Assembly: GCA_021432655.1 (NCBI GenBank)
Contig: MU271300.1
Location: forward strand, 1-44,969
Origin: Atractiella rhizophila
Taxonomy: Eukaryota
DNA length: 44,969 nt
Direction: 5' to 3'
The translations under genes were made by a program, and so were the position numbers. The notes below the pieces were generated by a model. The model was not told where the DNA came from. It searched no databases and saw nothing but the letters and a program-made list of their open reading frames with translations. Of the stretch, positions 12,138 to 23,700 are shown piece by piece. Within the stretch, counting starts at the first letter, position 1. Every line of letters starts with the position of its first letter.

Positions 12138-13484
12138 TTATTCCACACCCAAATTCTGCTTAACCCATTCGCTCGCAAGATGCCCTGCTTTTTTCTGCGC
12201 TTCGTCCGTGGGATGACCATGCTCTCTGCTAAAGTCCTCTTTCTCCATCCATCCAGTCTGCAGAAGTGGATACTCCTTAATGGCTTTGCGTGAAGGCATT
12301 GAATTACTCACTGTATTCATGAAACGTATATTGTTGTCCCCTTCCGCCTCTCTGGCTGCAATAGCCTCCTCTAGCTTTCCTTCATAGATAGGTAGCAACT
12401 GTGGCACTTCCTTTCCTTTGTTGTGGTCGTACCATCCCCAAAGGCGCATCAGAACTATGGTCTGAGAAGGGTAGTAGCCCCTCAATCTTCGTAGGAATAC
12501 GACATAGGTCTGAAGATATTCTTCTGGCGGTACACGAGCCTGTGCTGTCTTTCAGCAATCATTGGAAATGGAAAGAGGAACCTACAACAACAGAAGCATC
12601 GTTTGAGCCAATATTGATGAAAATATGCGTCACTGGCTGTCCATACTTCGAAGGGTCAAAAGCCTCGACATCTACGATGAAGGGAGAGGCGTAGCGGTCC
12701 ACACAGCTATCTTGTACCGTGTGATAAAGGTGCGATAGTCCTTCACCTCCCCTCAGTTTCGCATTGGCTGCTAAGGGACCGAAGTACCTCGCTTGTTTCC
12801 CCAAGCCGGCTTCGATACTTGTCAGGATTACACAAGGATTGAGGAAGTCATCCCTACAACGTCGCTCAAGCAGCAGCCTGGAAAAGCAATAATATTTCTC
12901 TCTGCCTGGAAAGTGTTCGCAAGGTGCCACGCCCACGATGAGAGAACACCGTCGGAAAGGTATTGGCCCTTCTTTAAGATAAGCCTCCCACATTTTTGAA
13001 TGGATACAATGACTTACGGCTGTTAAAGAGTCTCCTATGAACTCAAACACCAAATCAGAAGTTCGCGGCTGCACCAATTCGTAATCCTGCCTCTCGCATC
13101 AAGTTGAAAGCAAAATCTCAGGAGTTTTCAACGCCTCACTCCCTCAAATTCCACATTCTCCACTTGTATCCTGTTATGCTCCCAACCGGTTACGTTCACC
13201 CTCCAGCAATAAACACCATTACTTTCTTCCCAGTGGAGGTGCTCCAAACTCAGTTCTTGCACACCCTGGGAAACCTTTCGTTTCTGCCATTCCATCCCAT
13301 CTCCACTCCACGCGATCTCCACCCCTTGACTGGTTCGTTCCCCAAATCCCACGACCACTTTCTTAGGTATTTGCTCACCACGTAAAAAGCACTTGAATCC
13401 AGTTCCTGGCCACCAGGACGTGGAATGTTGGTCCCATCTTCCCGTTTTATACACAAGTGGATTTGAAAATTTCACCACAGTCAT
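12138..13484 (-). CDS. SGNH/GDSL hydrolase, carbohydrate esterase family 2-like, no signal peptide
   Basis: N-terminal YKTGRW..SWWPGTG, block I FEFIGDSLTA, IAFPG, block III IFINIGSND, and C-terminal GHPT lacking the usual DxxH Asp (as in CE2 dyad enzymes). Confidence 0.78.
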
Positions 13485-13690
13485 TATGGACCTGTGATCC
13501 CTTTCCGTTCTTCAGAACTTGCCGACTCGAACCAAAGACGCTTCGCTTCGAGGGACGTTGCAGCCTTTATAACACGAAGGATAACCAGGGGATAACATCC
13601 TGAAAAGGGCCGACGCGCCGCAACGCGATCGAATCTGGCAAGAACTTTATTCCGGCACCCCCACTTCCTCCCCACGGAAACAAATGATGT

Positions 13691-13696
13691 TATAAA
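13691..13696 (+). promoter_or_regulatory. TATA-like element in the 283-bp divergent promoter between the SGNH esterase and the cytochrome b2-like gene
   Basis: TATAAA 77 nt upstream of ATG 13768; based on position only. Confidence 0.35.
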
Positions 13697-13767
13697 TTCG
13701 CGCCGCTTGCTGCAATGCCAGGGCATTCCCTTGGAATTATTTGACGACTGGAGACAAAGTAGAGAAG

Positions 13768-15787
13768 ATGTTGGACGGGAAAGATGTCGCTACCCACAAT
13801 ACCAGAGAGAGTTGCTGGATCGTCATCAGCGGAAAGGCATATGACGTTACCAAGGTACGCCTTCTAATTGGCCCGCCTTCATCTGGGGATTGGTGTCGAG
13901 GAAGGCTGTAGTTCTTGGACGAGCATCCAGGAGGTGCAAATATCTTGCTTAAGTACGGTGGAATGGACGCAACGGAGGAATACGTATGCTTTCTTCCTTC
14001 CTCCTCAGCTTTGTACTCCAAGTTGAAGGAGCATGTGTTGTAGGACCCAATGTCAGTTGTACTCCACATTTGCCGCTATCTATTAGAAATTTCTGAAAAC
14101 GGTTATCTAGTCATCCACCAGGAACGATAGACACGCTCCCCAAGGACTGCCACCTTGGTCCAGTGGACCCAGCAACATTAAAAAAGCCAGCGAAGAAGGA
14201 AGACCACACTGTGCAAGATGATGATGAAATACCCTTGGGTTCTGATGGATTACCTGCGCTTTCACGAGTGCTGAACATCGAGGACATTGAGAAATGCGCG
14301 AAGCGGGTACTGAAGAAGAAAGCTTGGGGTAGGTTTATCATTCCTGTTCCATACAAAAGCAGAGAAGCTGACAATTATTACAGCGTACTATTATTCAGCG
14401 GCCGACGATATGCGGAGTGCACCTTTTCGTCAGAACTAGATTGTAGATGCTGAAATTGGAGAGCAGCACGAGACTACAATCACACCCACTTCCACTCGAT
14501 TCGATTCCGACCTCGCGTGCTCACACCTACCGGGAACTGCACGCCAGCTACCAAAATTCTTGGATTCTCCTCTTCTCTCCCACTATTTATCTCCCCTGCG
14601 GCGTTGGGAAGGCTTGCACATCCAGACGGAGAGAAGTGTCTTGCTCGCGGTGCCGGGAGGATGGGGATTCCTTACGTTGTAAGTGTCCTTCCTCCTTACT
14701 CACGAGAAGAAATGATTGATGCGGGCAATAGATTAGCAACAACGCCTCTGTCTCACCAGTCGATGTTGCGAGCGTCGCAACTTCCGATCAGACGCTCTTC
14801 TTCCAACTATACATTAACGCAAATCGCAAGTCTTCAGAAGAGCTTCTGAAGAAGGTGGAGGAAGTAGGATATAAAGCGGTTGTTTGGACTGTCGATGCTA
14901 TTGTATGACTGTCTTCTTTGGACGACTCCTTTACTTATGAGCTTCATACCTGGACAGGCACCTGGGAATCGAGAGATCGATGAACGCGCTAAATTCATGG
15001 ATGAGGCTGTAGACGTCGACACTGGCGCTATGAACACTGCGAAGACAGATGCGCCACGGTCGGTTAATCAAGCTATGTTCAGCTCGCAGGATTCCAATCT
15101 TGTTGTACGCAACTGTCCTCTCTGCGCCAAAATGAACACTGATGGAGTATTATGCAGTGGGAAGACCTCAAGTGGATCCGAAAGCATACAAAGCTGCCCA
15201 TAGTCGTGAAAGGTATTCAATCAGCAGAAGACGCGGAGCTCTGTGCACGATGGGGCGTGGCGGGTATCTTCCTCTCCAATCACGGTGGACGCCAATTAGA
15301 AGGTGCACCGTCATCAGTTGAGACTCTCTTGGAGATTAGGAAGCATTGTCCTTGGGTTTTCAAAAAGTGTGAGGTTTATTGTGATGGCGGTTTCAGGAGA
15401 GGAACGGACGTGGTCATGGCTCTTTGTTTGGGAGCGAAGGCCTGTGGTATCGGACGACCAGCCATGAACTCGCTAATTTGGGGAGGTCCGTCTTCATGTT
15501 CCTCCCTCATGAGCAGAGCGCTGATAATTGCTGCACAATGCAATCAGATGCTGGAGTGGAGAAGTGCATCGGAATCTTTGCAAAGGAGATCGTCGTTGCC
15601 ATGAAGCTGTTAGGCGTGTCCACCGTTGAGGAGCTTGGACCTCAGCATGTGTGTCTCCTCATTATCCCTTGCCGTCCATCTCTGACTCTTGGTACAGGTG
15701 AATGCCTCCGAGTTGGAGCGCAACGTCATCAGCTCATACCAGTCACCTCCAGGAGCTCTTACAACTTGGCTAAAAGCGCGGCTTTGA
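13768..15787 (+). CDS. Flavocytochrome b2-like FMN alpha-hydroxy-acid dehydrogenase (cytochrome b5 plus FMN_dh) with C-terminal PTS1
   Basis: [73 protein letters not shown] and [10 protein letters not shown]. Last exon ends WLKARL*. Confidence 0.92.
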
Positions 15788-16054
15788 TTCATCCCTGTTA
15801 CGTGTTCTACCTTTCTTATGTGGAAATTGCACCGCAACTACTGGAAAACTTGTGCACGAGTCCCAAATTAAGGCGTCCACAAAGTCAAACCGTCAGAGTC
15901 GACATAGGCATTAAGTGTACTGTGAAAACTAATACGTGACAAATGCTGAACGATGCACCAAAATATCTATTCATGAGTATGTCTGAGAAAGAAAGTCTCG
16001 AGTCGGTAATGTCCGTTAAGTAGGTAGCAGTCCATCCAATCCCTCGTGAAAATG

Positions 16055-17266
16055 TCACAGCAAAACTTGCACACCAACAAAAGCGATCAGTGCGAACGAG
16101 ACAATACCTAGCCGTAAGCTTGACGCCGCCGAATCTTCGTTATTGGTTGAAGACTGCGAGCCGCCAGTGTTGGACCCTGTGGATGACGGTCGAACGCTAG
16201 ACTCAGTGTTGGACGTCGCTCCAGAGAGCGACTTTGATAGAAGCCAGTTGAAATGGTCCTCGAAGAATGGAGCTGGAAGCGGGCTGTTAGCACTTTACCT
16301 CTATATAAACGACAAACAAACCGTTGGCCATTTGATTGTGCGCTGGGCTGATAGCGGGATCAGGGCCCTGGATGATGGTGAGCTCCACCTTTGTTCCTCC
16401 CAAAGCTTCGATGAGTCTCTGAGTCTCATTAGCTCGTGCTACGTTCGAAGCGCCTTCGTAATCCTTTGTCCCAGCGTAGTGCATGATTGGGATGTTAAGG
16501 AGCGGCCTGAAGTCTGTGGTATTGTCTGGCTCGCCAGCAGAGAGGGCAACTGCGGCGAAAGAGGTAGGGTATGCGATGGCCATTTTCCATCCGTCACGAG
16601 CCCCTGGAATACCGAAGTTCAGCTTAACAATCCCGTCATAAGAATGCGAGATTACCCATCGAGTAACCCGTAAGGTAAACACGATCTTGATCGTAGTCGT
16701 AGTTCTGCTGAACAAAGTCGAGAACCGCTTTAACGCGACCAAGATTCCATTCTGGACTAACCCATAGATCGATCAAAGCCGTTTCGATGAGAACCAAGGG
16801 AAGACCTTACACATCTGGGTAGAAGGTATCGTTGGGATGGATGGGCATGACGGTTAAGAACTGTTCAGCAGCGAGTTTGGAAGCGACTGTGATGTTTCCA
16901 TCATAGTATTCCTTGATTCGCCTCCCTGGTCCATTGTATAACAGTTTGACGTCCATCTCGCCAAAATCTCCCACAGATCCTGTCCCTAAGTTCCCTCCTC
17001 TTCAACACCACTGCTTCGAACATGGAAGGAGAATATTGACCGTGGAGGAACAAGTTGAGAGCTGGTTTAGCTGGTGGGGAGTTCCCTGCTGGTTTGACGA
17101 CAGACTGCTCTTGAGTGTAAGCTAACTTCAATTTACAAGGGAGTAGAATGCGTGCAAAGAAATACTCATCGCCCAACTCATTATGGTGGATGAACGGTAC
17201 CTGAGCGTTGACAAAAGGCGAGAATGATAGGCAACTGAGAAGGGCGAATGCGGCGGAGAAGAACAT
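16055..17266 (-). CDS. Secreted, probably GPI-anchored alpha/beta-hydrolase (serine esterase)
   Basis: Signal peptide MFFSAAFALLSCLSFSPFVNA, LNLFLHG, DRVYLTGYSMG (GxSxG), YPTSFAAVALSAG, HYAGTKD and PAH. Last exon has an S/T-rich linker and the tail DSAASSLRLGIVSFALIAFVGVQVLL*. Confidence 0.8.
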
Positions 17267-18645
17267 GATTAGGGGAAGCTGAAAGCTCTAAACTGCGATA
17301 GGAGGCTGGCACAAAGGATGAAGAGAACCGTGCAGAAGAACCTGAATATGAAGTCGATTCGATGGATGCAAAGAAGATCGTTAAAGTGATATGCTTCGTC
17401 TCAGGTTCAGAGATTACTTCAACAAACCACCCCACAGAACGCTGACGCAGGAGATAGCTGAACAGCAGGAAGCAAAGCAAGAAGGGTCAGTAAAAAAGAG
17501 GACACGATATTTATTCAACGAGTTAGCTCACTGTACGAACCCGTGGTACAAGCATGAATGTGAACAAAGAACACTTCCCTGGAGTTTGGAATGCCAAGGA
17601 ACACGATCCGAGAAGTGCATTCTAGTATTCTATTATAGATATTTTGGGAAGACCCCAGAAGACAAGGAAGGTTGGAATCTTCCAGGGGTCTAGGTTTGGA
17701 CAGCAATCTCCCAATAGGTCGAACAGCGCCGAAAGAGTTTGGTTGGTCGTCCTGCAGAAACAAAGAAGCACACGTGGGACTGAACTATGGCGCTTTGGAG
17801 CATTCTGACTACCTGGAAATGAAATGACAACTGATGCCGAAAGACCTTCACATCCGCGCTAGAAGCCAGGCACGTGAGGAACAAGAAGCTCATGTATTAT
17901 TCACATATTCACATAATCGATTCTACTCTTCTTTGCGCTTACCGTATCATCATGCACTTTGTTAAGAAATCGGCAAGTCTCTATCATAAAACACTCTGCT
18001 TTGCACAGCTTGTGATGCCAGTTAGTGACAAAGATAGTGAAACTGCCTGTGTATGGCGGGTAAGAAGAGATTTTCACGTTGACTTTACGCGCTTGTCCCG
18101 GGTAGAACTCGTCTCCCCTTTGGGAACGGAGAAAGCCTAGGATCAGCTTCTAACATGATATGAATACTGATGGTACCAAGAGGTTATCGCGTCTGATACT
18201 GTGTTGATAAAGGTCCATCTCAAGGATCAATGCAGAGGCACTAACTGGCAGCAAGCAGAATTCAGCTGTTATTTGTTTGCAAAGGGCAATAATGTTGATC
18301 CCCATGGTGGTTGAGCATTGTCATTCCCAATGCACGTGCGCACAGTTACAAAGAGGAACTGAACCACTCCAGTCCAGTCCAACAGAGAGGGGACGCACTG
18401 ACTACTACTTGATCATCCACAGTTGATGTCTCCAAACCCAGTAACCAGACTCAGTCATCGTACTTCATTCAGGCCAGCCTACGTCACGACCTCGAGTCGT
18501 CGTTAGGTCGTTAGCTATCATCTTTCCCACGAGGATTCGGGGAGATTGATCGAAAGTTTGCCAAATTTTTCTTCAGCCAGCTCAAATTGGTCACCACACC
18601 AAAGTAGAGCGAATAAGGGGGCAAGGAAGTAGTATCAGCGTCAAG

Positions 18646-20482
18646 ATGAAGATCCAAGTACTCTCTCGATCCATGTCTGACCATGTCGCCTCTTCCTCTC
18701 GCGGCGCCGCTCCAATCCACAAGAACCTGGACCCTGCGCTCCATCCATTCGCCCAAGCTCGCGAATACACACGGGCTCTAAACGCAGCGAAACTGGAGCG
18801 CATGTTCGCCAAACCCTTTGTCGGAGCCCTGGAGAGCGCGGGCGATGGTGTTTATGCGATGTGTAAGGACTACGAACATTTAGGAAGGGTCGCTACGGGT
18901 TCGGCTGATGGAATGGTCGAGGTGTGGGATTTGGCGACGAGGGAAAGGGTCGGTGAGAAGGGATGGGAAAATGCTCATAAGGGAATGGTTACTGGTGTGT
19001 GTTTTGCCGGTATTGGGGAGGGAAGGGGAGTTGGAATGGGTTGGGATGGAGTGCATAAGAAGGGGAAGAAGCGGAAGAGAGATCAAATTGAGGAACCTAC
19101 GGTCTCCGACAAGGCTAAGGGGAAGAGGAAAGAGGTGGAGCATAGCGAAGATGAAGATATGGAGGAGGAGGACTTCTATAAAGACCTCACGGAACGAACT
19201 AGCTACAGAGGCTCGAATCGCCTTCTCAGCTGTGGAGTTGACAAGACGGTCAAGTTGTGGGACGTCAACGCAGGAGGGGGGAAAGATGCAAAACCTCTCC
19301 AAATTTTTCACGGCAAATCAGGCTTTCAGTGCGGCGGTCTCTCCCTGCACTGCCTTTCTACCTACTGATACAAAACGCAGTTCGATAACGCATCATCGGT
19401 CGGAATCCGTCTTCGCGACTGCTTCAGACCGTATTCAGATATGGGACGAGACCAAGTCCGTCCCTCTTCCTTTCTGTACATACACTGATGCTTTTTTAAG
19501 GTCGGAGTCCATTCAAACTCTTCAATGGTCTACTGCAACAAACTTCACCGCTGGAGATCATAGTGCGGTCCTCTCTTCTCACGCTTTCACCTCATAACCT
19601 TGACGGACACAGTCGCATGCGTGACATTCAACCAGTCAGAAACCTCGGTCCTCGCTTGCTCAGGCTCAGATCGTACCGTCATCCTGTACGATCTCCGTTC
19701 CTCTCGCGCTTTAGGACGGGTAGCCCTCACAGTGCGCTTCTTCTCCTCCATCTTTGTATCTAGCAGACAAACTCGCTGTCACAGATGCGAGTGAACTCGA
19801 TGGCTTTCAATCCTATGCAGCCTCCCATAATCTTATTCGGCTCTGAAGACCATCAACTTTACACCTTCGATATGCGGAAACTCACTACCAGCACACATGT
19901 CTACAAAGACCACATTGGCGCGTGCGTCTCTTTCGCTCCAGGCGCCTGTTTGCATTTGCTGATGGATTGATATTTGCTTTGTCAAGGGTCATGTCGTGCG
20001 ATTGGTCGCCCACGGGTCGAGAGTTCGTTAGCGGATCCTACGATAAAACAGTTCGACTGTGGACTGCCGGCTCTGGACGCAGTCGCGACTGCTACCATAC
20101 AAACCGTATGCAGCGCGTCTACTCTACGCTCTCCACCCTCGACGCTCGTTTCCTGCTCACGGGTTCGGAGGACGGAAATGTGCGGATCTGGAAGTGGCGA
20201 TCAAGCGAAAAGCTTGGTGTGTTGGATGGGAAGGAGAAAGAGGCGAGGGAGGTTAGGTATGCGCTCAGGAAGAAGTGGAGGCATGTGGGAGAGGTGAAGA
20301 GGATCGAGAGGCAGAGGTATCTGCCAAAGAACATCAAGAATCAGCAGAAGTTGAGGACCACGATGTTGGAGAGCCGGAGGAAGAAGGAGGAGAACCGGAT
20401 TAGACATACGAAGAAGGAGATCGCAGATACCATGAGACCCAAACCGGAGAGGAAGAGGAATATTGAGAGAGTTGATACTTGA
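18646..20482 (+). CDS. SOF1: U3 snoRNP / SSU processome WD40 protein Sof1 (DCAF13)
   Basis: MKIQVLSRS...NLDPALHPFAQAREYTRALNAAKLERMFAKPFVGAL, WD repeats, DWSPTGREFVSGSYDKTVRLW, SRDCYHTNRMQRV and the Sof1 C-terminal domain. Confidence 0.96.
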
Positions 20483-20707
20483 TTTGATTTAGCGCTACAT
20501 GCAGTAGTTTAAAAATCTTATAGTACATGCGTTCCTTCATTGACGGTACATTTGACAGTTCCAAGGGTATAATTATTTCTAATTGTTTTGGGATTATATG
20601 AGTTGCAAGCTTTGCAGAATGCACGTGAACGACACCCAGGAAATCCGCCAACTCCGCGGGTACTCCCTTTGCCCATCTCAGTCCACCACCAAAACTTCTA
20701 ACTCACC

Positions 20708-23700
20708 ATGCTCCCCCGTTCCACCTTCGTCCGCGCGCGCACAGTCACTTTCCCCCTACGAGCACACCCCCACTCGAATTTCCAACGCCTCCAACGGCGG
20801 CAGCTGTCCGTTTCGGCAAAGGGAGCAGCAAAGTGGGCTGCTATTGGAGTCGCAGGGTTTGTAGGCAGCATTGGTATTGTCGTCGGTGGACTGTTAATAT
20901 GGGACGCGAGCACTTATCAGAAGGCGTGAGTATTCGATTTGGATGCATAGAAGAAAGGCTAGGTGTTTGAGCAGTTGTTGATAGACTGGTTCTGGATTCG
21001 GTCATTGACGTTGCGTAATTGGGTTTGAGTTCGTGAGGAGGAGATGGCAGCTAGCGTTTGCTGGTAACACATGCTTACCTTGTCGATTAGTCTCCTGCTA
21101 GTTGCTTTTCTGGTGATATGCGCCATGTATCATGCATTACCCTTACGCTGCCTTGAGGCGGCGCAAGCATGCAGTTGCGCTTTTGCCCTGTTTGACTGTT
21201 GGAACTCAAAACACTTGTGACTAATGTTTCCCATGATAGGCACATCGACCGCATCCCCGTTTCCCCACTCGCGCTCCAAATGGAGCGAGGGGGACCCAAG
21301 AACCTTCCCATAGCGCAGGTGTACGCTGACGATGAAGTGGACGATGAAATGAAGGAGTTGAGCAAGAAGCCGAGATTGGTTGTCCTGGGTGGAGGATGGG
21401 GGGTAAGCTTATGGTTGAGGGAAAGAATGAAGGCTGATGAACAATGAACAGGCAGTCGCAACCCTTAACGGATTGGATACTAATAAGTATCACGTCACTG
21501 TTATCGCCCCAGAAAGTAAGCTTCGTTCTCTCTTGTGGCGAGAAGGCAAACTAAATGTGATTCCTTCGTAGATGTTAGTACTTGGCATTTTCTGACGTCT
21601 AATTCCTAACAAATATGGTAGTATAACCTCTTTACCCCTCTTCTTCGTATGTCATTGATACAAGCTAAATGCCCTGAATTCGGCTAACCTATATGCCTAG
21701 CTTCTGCAACTGTTGGTACCGTGGAGCCTCGTTCGCTCGTTGAACCTTTGAGACGGATCATTGCTCGACTACGAGGGCATTATCTCCAGGCCCGATGTGT
21801 GGATATCGACATGGCCAACCGACTTATCGAAGTGGAAACGATGACTGGATCTGCTGTTCGAGGAGAAACACCTGGACAGGTGAGTTGTCTTACACAGGCA
21901 TGGAGCTATGGCTGATGCTTCCGCAGTATGAACGCTTTTATGTTCCTGTAAGTATACTTCATATACATGATGAGAGATTCTGATCGCCTCGATACAGTAC
22001 GATAAATGCGTTGTTGCCGTCGGCGCCATTTCGAATACCCACGGAATCCCAGGAGTTGAACATTGCTTTCAGCTGAAGACCATCAAGGATGCGCAGGAAA
22101 TTCGACGGCGTATTCTGAACAACCTTGAGATGGCAGTGATGCCCAACACAACAACAGAGGAAAGAAAGGTATGCCATTGCATCGCTCGCCTCGACGTGTC
22201 CTAATTAATACAACGATAAGAAATTGTTAAGCTTCGTCATTTGTGGTGGAGGTATGCAAACGGCAGTGCCAGTCTCATAGGCTAAAGGTATTTAGGTCCT
22301 ACCGGTGTCGAGTTCGCGGCCGAGCTCTGTGACTTCATGAATGAGGATGTGATGCGTTTCGTGAGTGATTCTCCTGAAGAATAGCTGAAATTTAATTGCA
22401 ATGGGTTTAAAAGCTGCCCAAGACAATCCGCAACGACGTAGAGATCACGGTCATCCAGTCCCGCGACCACCTTCTCAACACGTATGCTCAGACAATATCT
22501 GATTACGCCGAGAAGCGATTCGACCGCGAACACATCAACACCATCCTTAACTCTCGCGTGAAGGAAATCACGCAAGGGTCAGTCACCTATTCCACTAGGG
22601 CATCAGATGGAACGTGGACAGATTCTACTCTGCCTACTGGATTTGTGCTCTGGAGTACTGGTATTGGTGCGACCTCTGCTTATCATGTTGCACATCGCGT
22701 TAACGAAAGCGATAGGCATGAACCCAGTGACAAGGCGAATTGCAGATAAACTACCCAACCAAGCCCATCTGCACGCTCTGGAAGTTGACTCCCATCTGCG
22801 AGTAAAGGGCGCACCTTTGGGCAGTTTGTACGCTATTGGTGATTGTGCCACCCTCGAAACCAACCTCGTCAGCTATCTCCTGGATCTCGTCAAGCAGTGT
22901 GATGTTAATAACGACGGACATATTGATTTTGAGGAATTCGAGAAGATGATGGTCATCGTGAAGCGCAAGTTCCCGACCAGTGCGTCCCCTTTTCTTTCCC
23001 TCACCCTCATTGTGGTTTATGTGACTGCACAGGCACTATCCATGTTGAGAAGATCAAAGACGTCTTTGACCAATACGATCAAGACAAGAATGGATCACTG
23101 GACATGGACGAAATGACACATCTCTTCCAGGCCGTTTCCGCTGACATGACTTCTTTACCAGCTGTAAGCCACTTTTCCATCCATCGATAAAGTATGCCCT
23201 TGTTTCTTATCGTGAATGGTCAGACTGCCCAAGTCGCAAAGTGAGTATCCTTTGCCTGATGTTCGATTCCCATGATAGGCACATCGACCGCATCCCCGTT
23301 TCCCCACTCGCGCTCCAAATGGAGCGAGGGGGACCCAAGAACCTTCCCATAGCGCAGGTGTACGCTGACGATGAAGTGGACGATGAAATGAAGGAGTTGA
23401 GCAAGAAGCCGAGATTGGTTGTCCTGGGTGGAGGATGGGGGGTAAGCTTATGGTTGAGGGAAAGAATGAAGGCTGATGAACAATGAACAGGCAGTCGCAA
23501 CCCTTAACGGATTGGATACTAATAAGTATCACGTCACTGTTATCGCCCCAGAAAGTAAGCTTCGTTCTCTCTTGTGGCGAGAAGGCAAACTAAATGTGAT
23601 TCCTTCGTAGATGTTAGTACTTGGCATTTTCTGACGTCTAATTCCTAACAAATATGGTAGTATAACCTCTTTACCCCTCTTCTTCGTATGTCATTGATAC

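Noticed and set aside
17300..18600. Short ORFs in the divergent region before SOF1
   Set aside because: No coherent exon chain or motif; treated as promoter or intergenic DNA.
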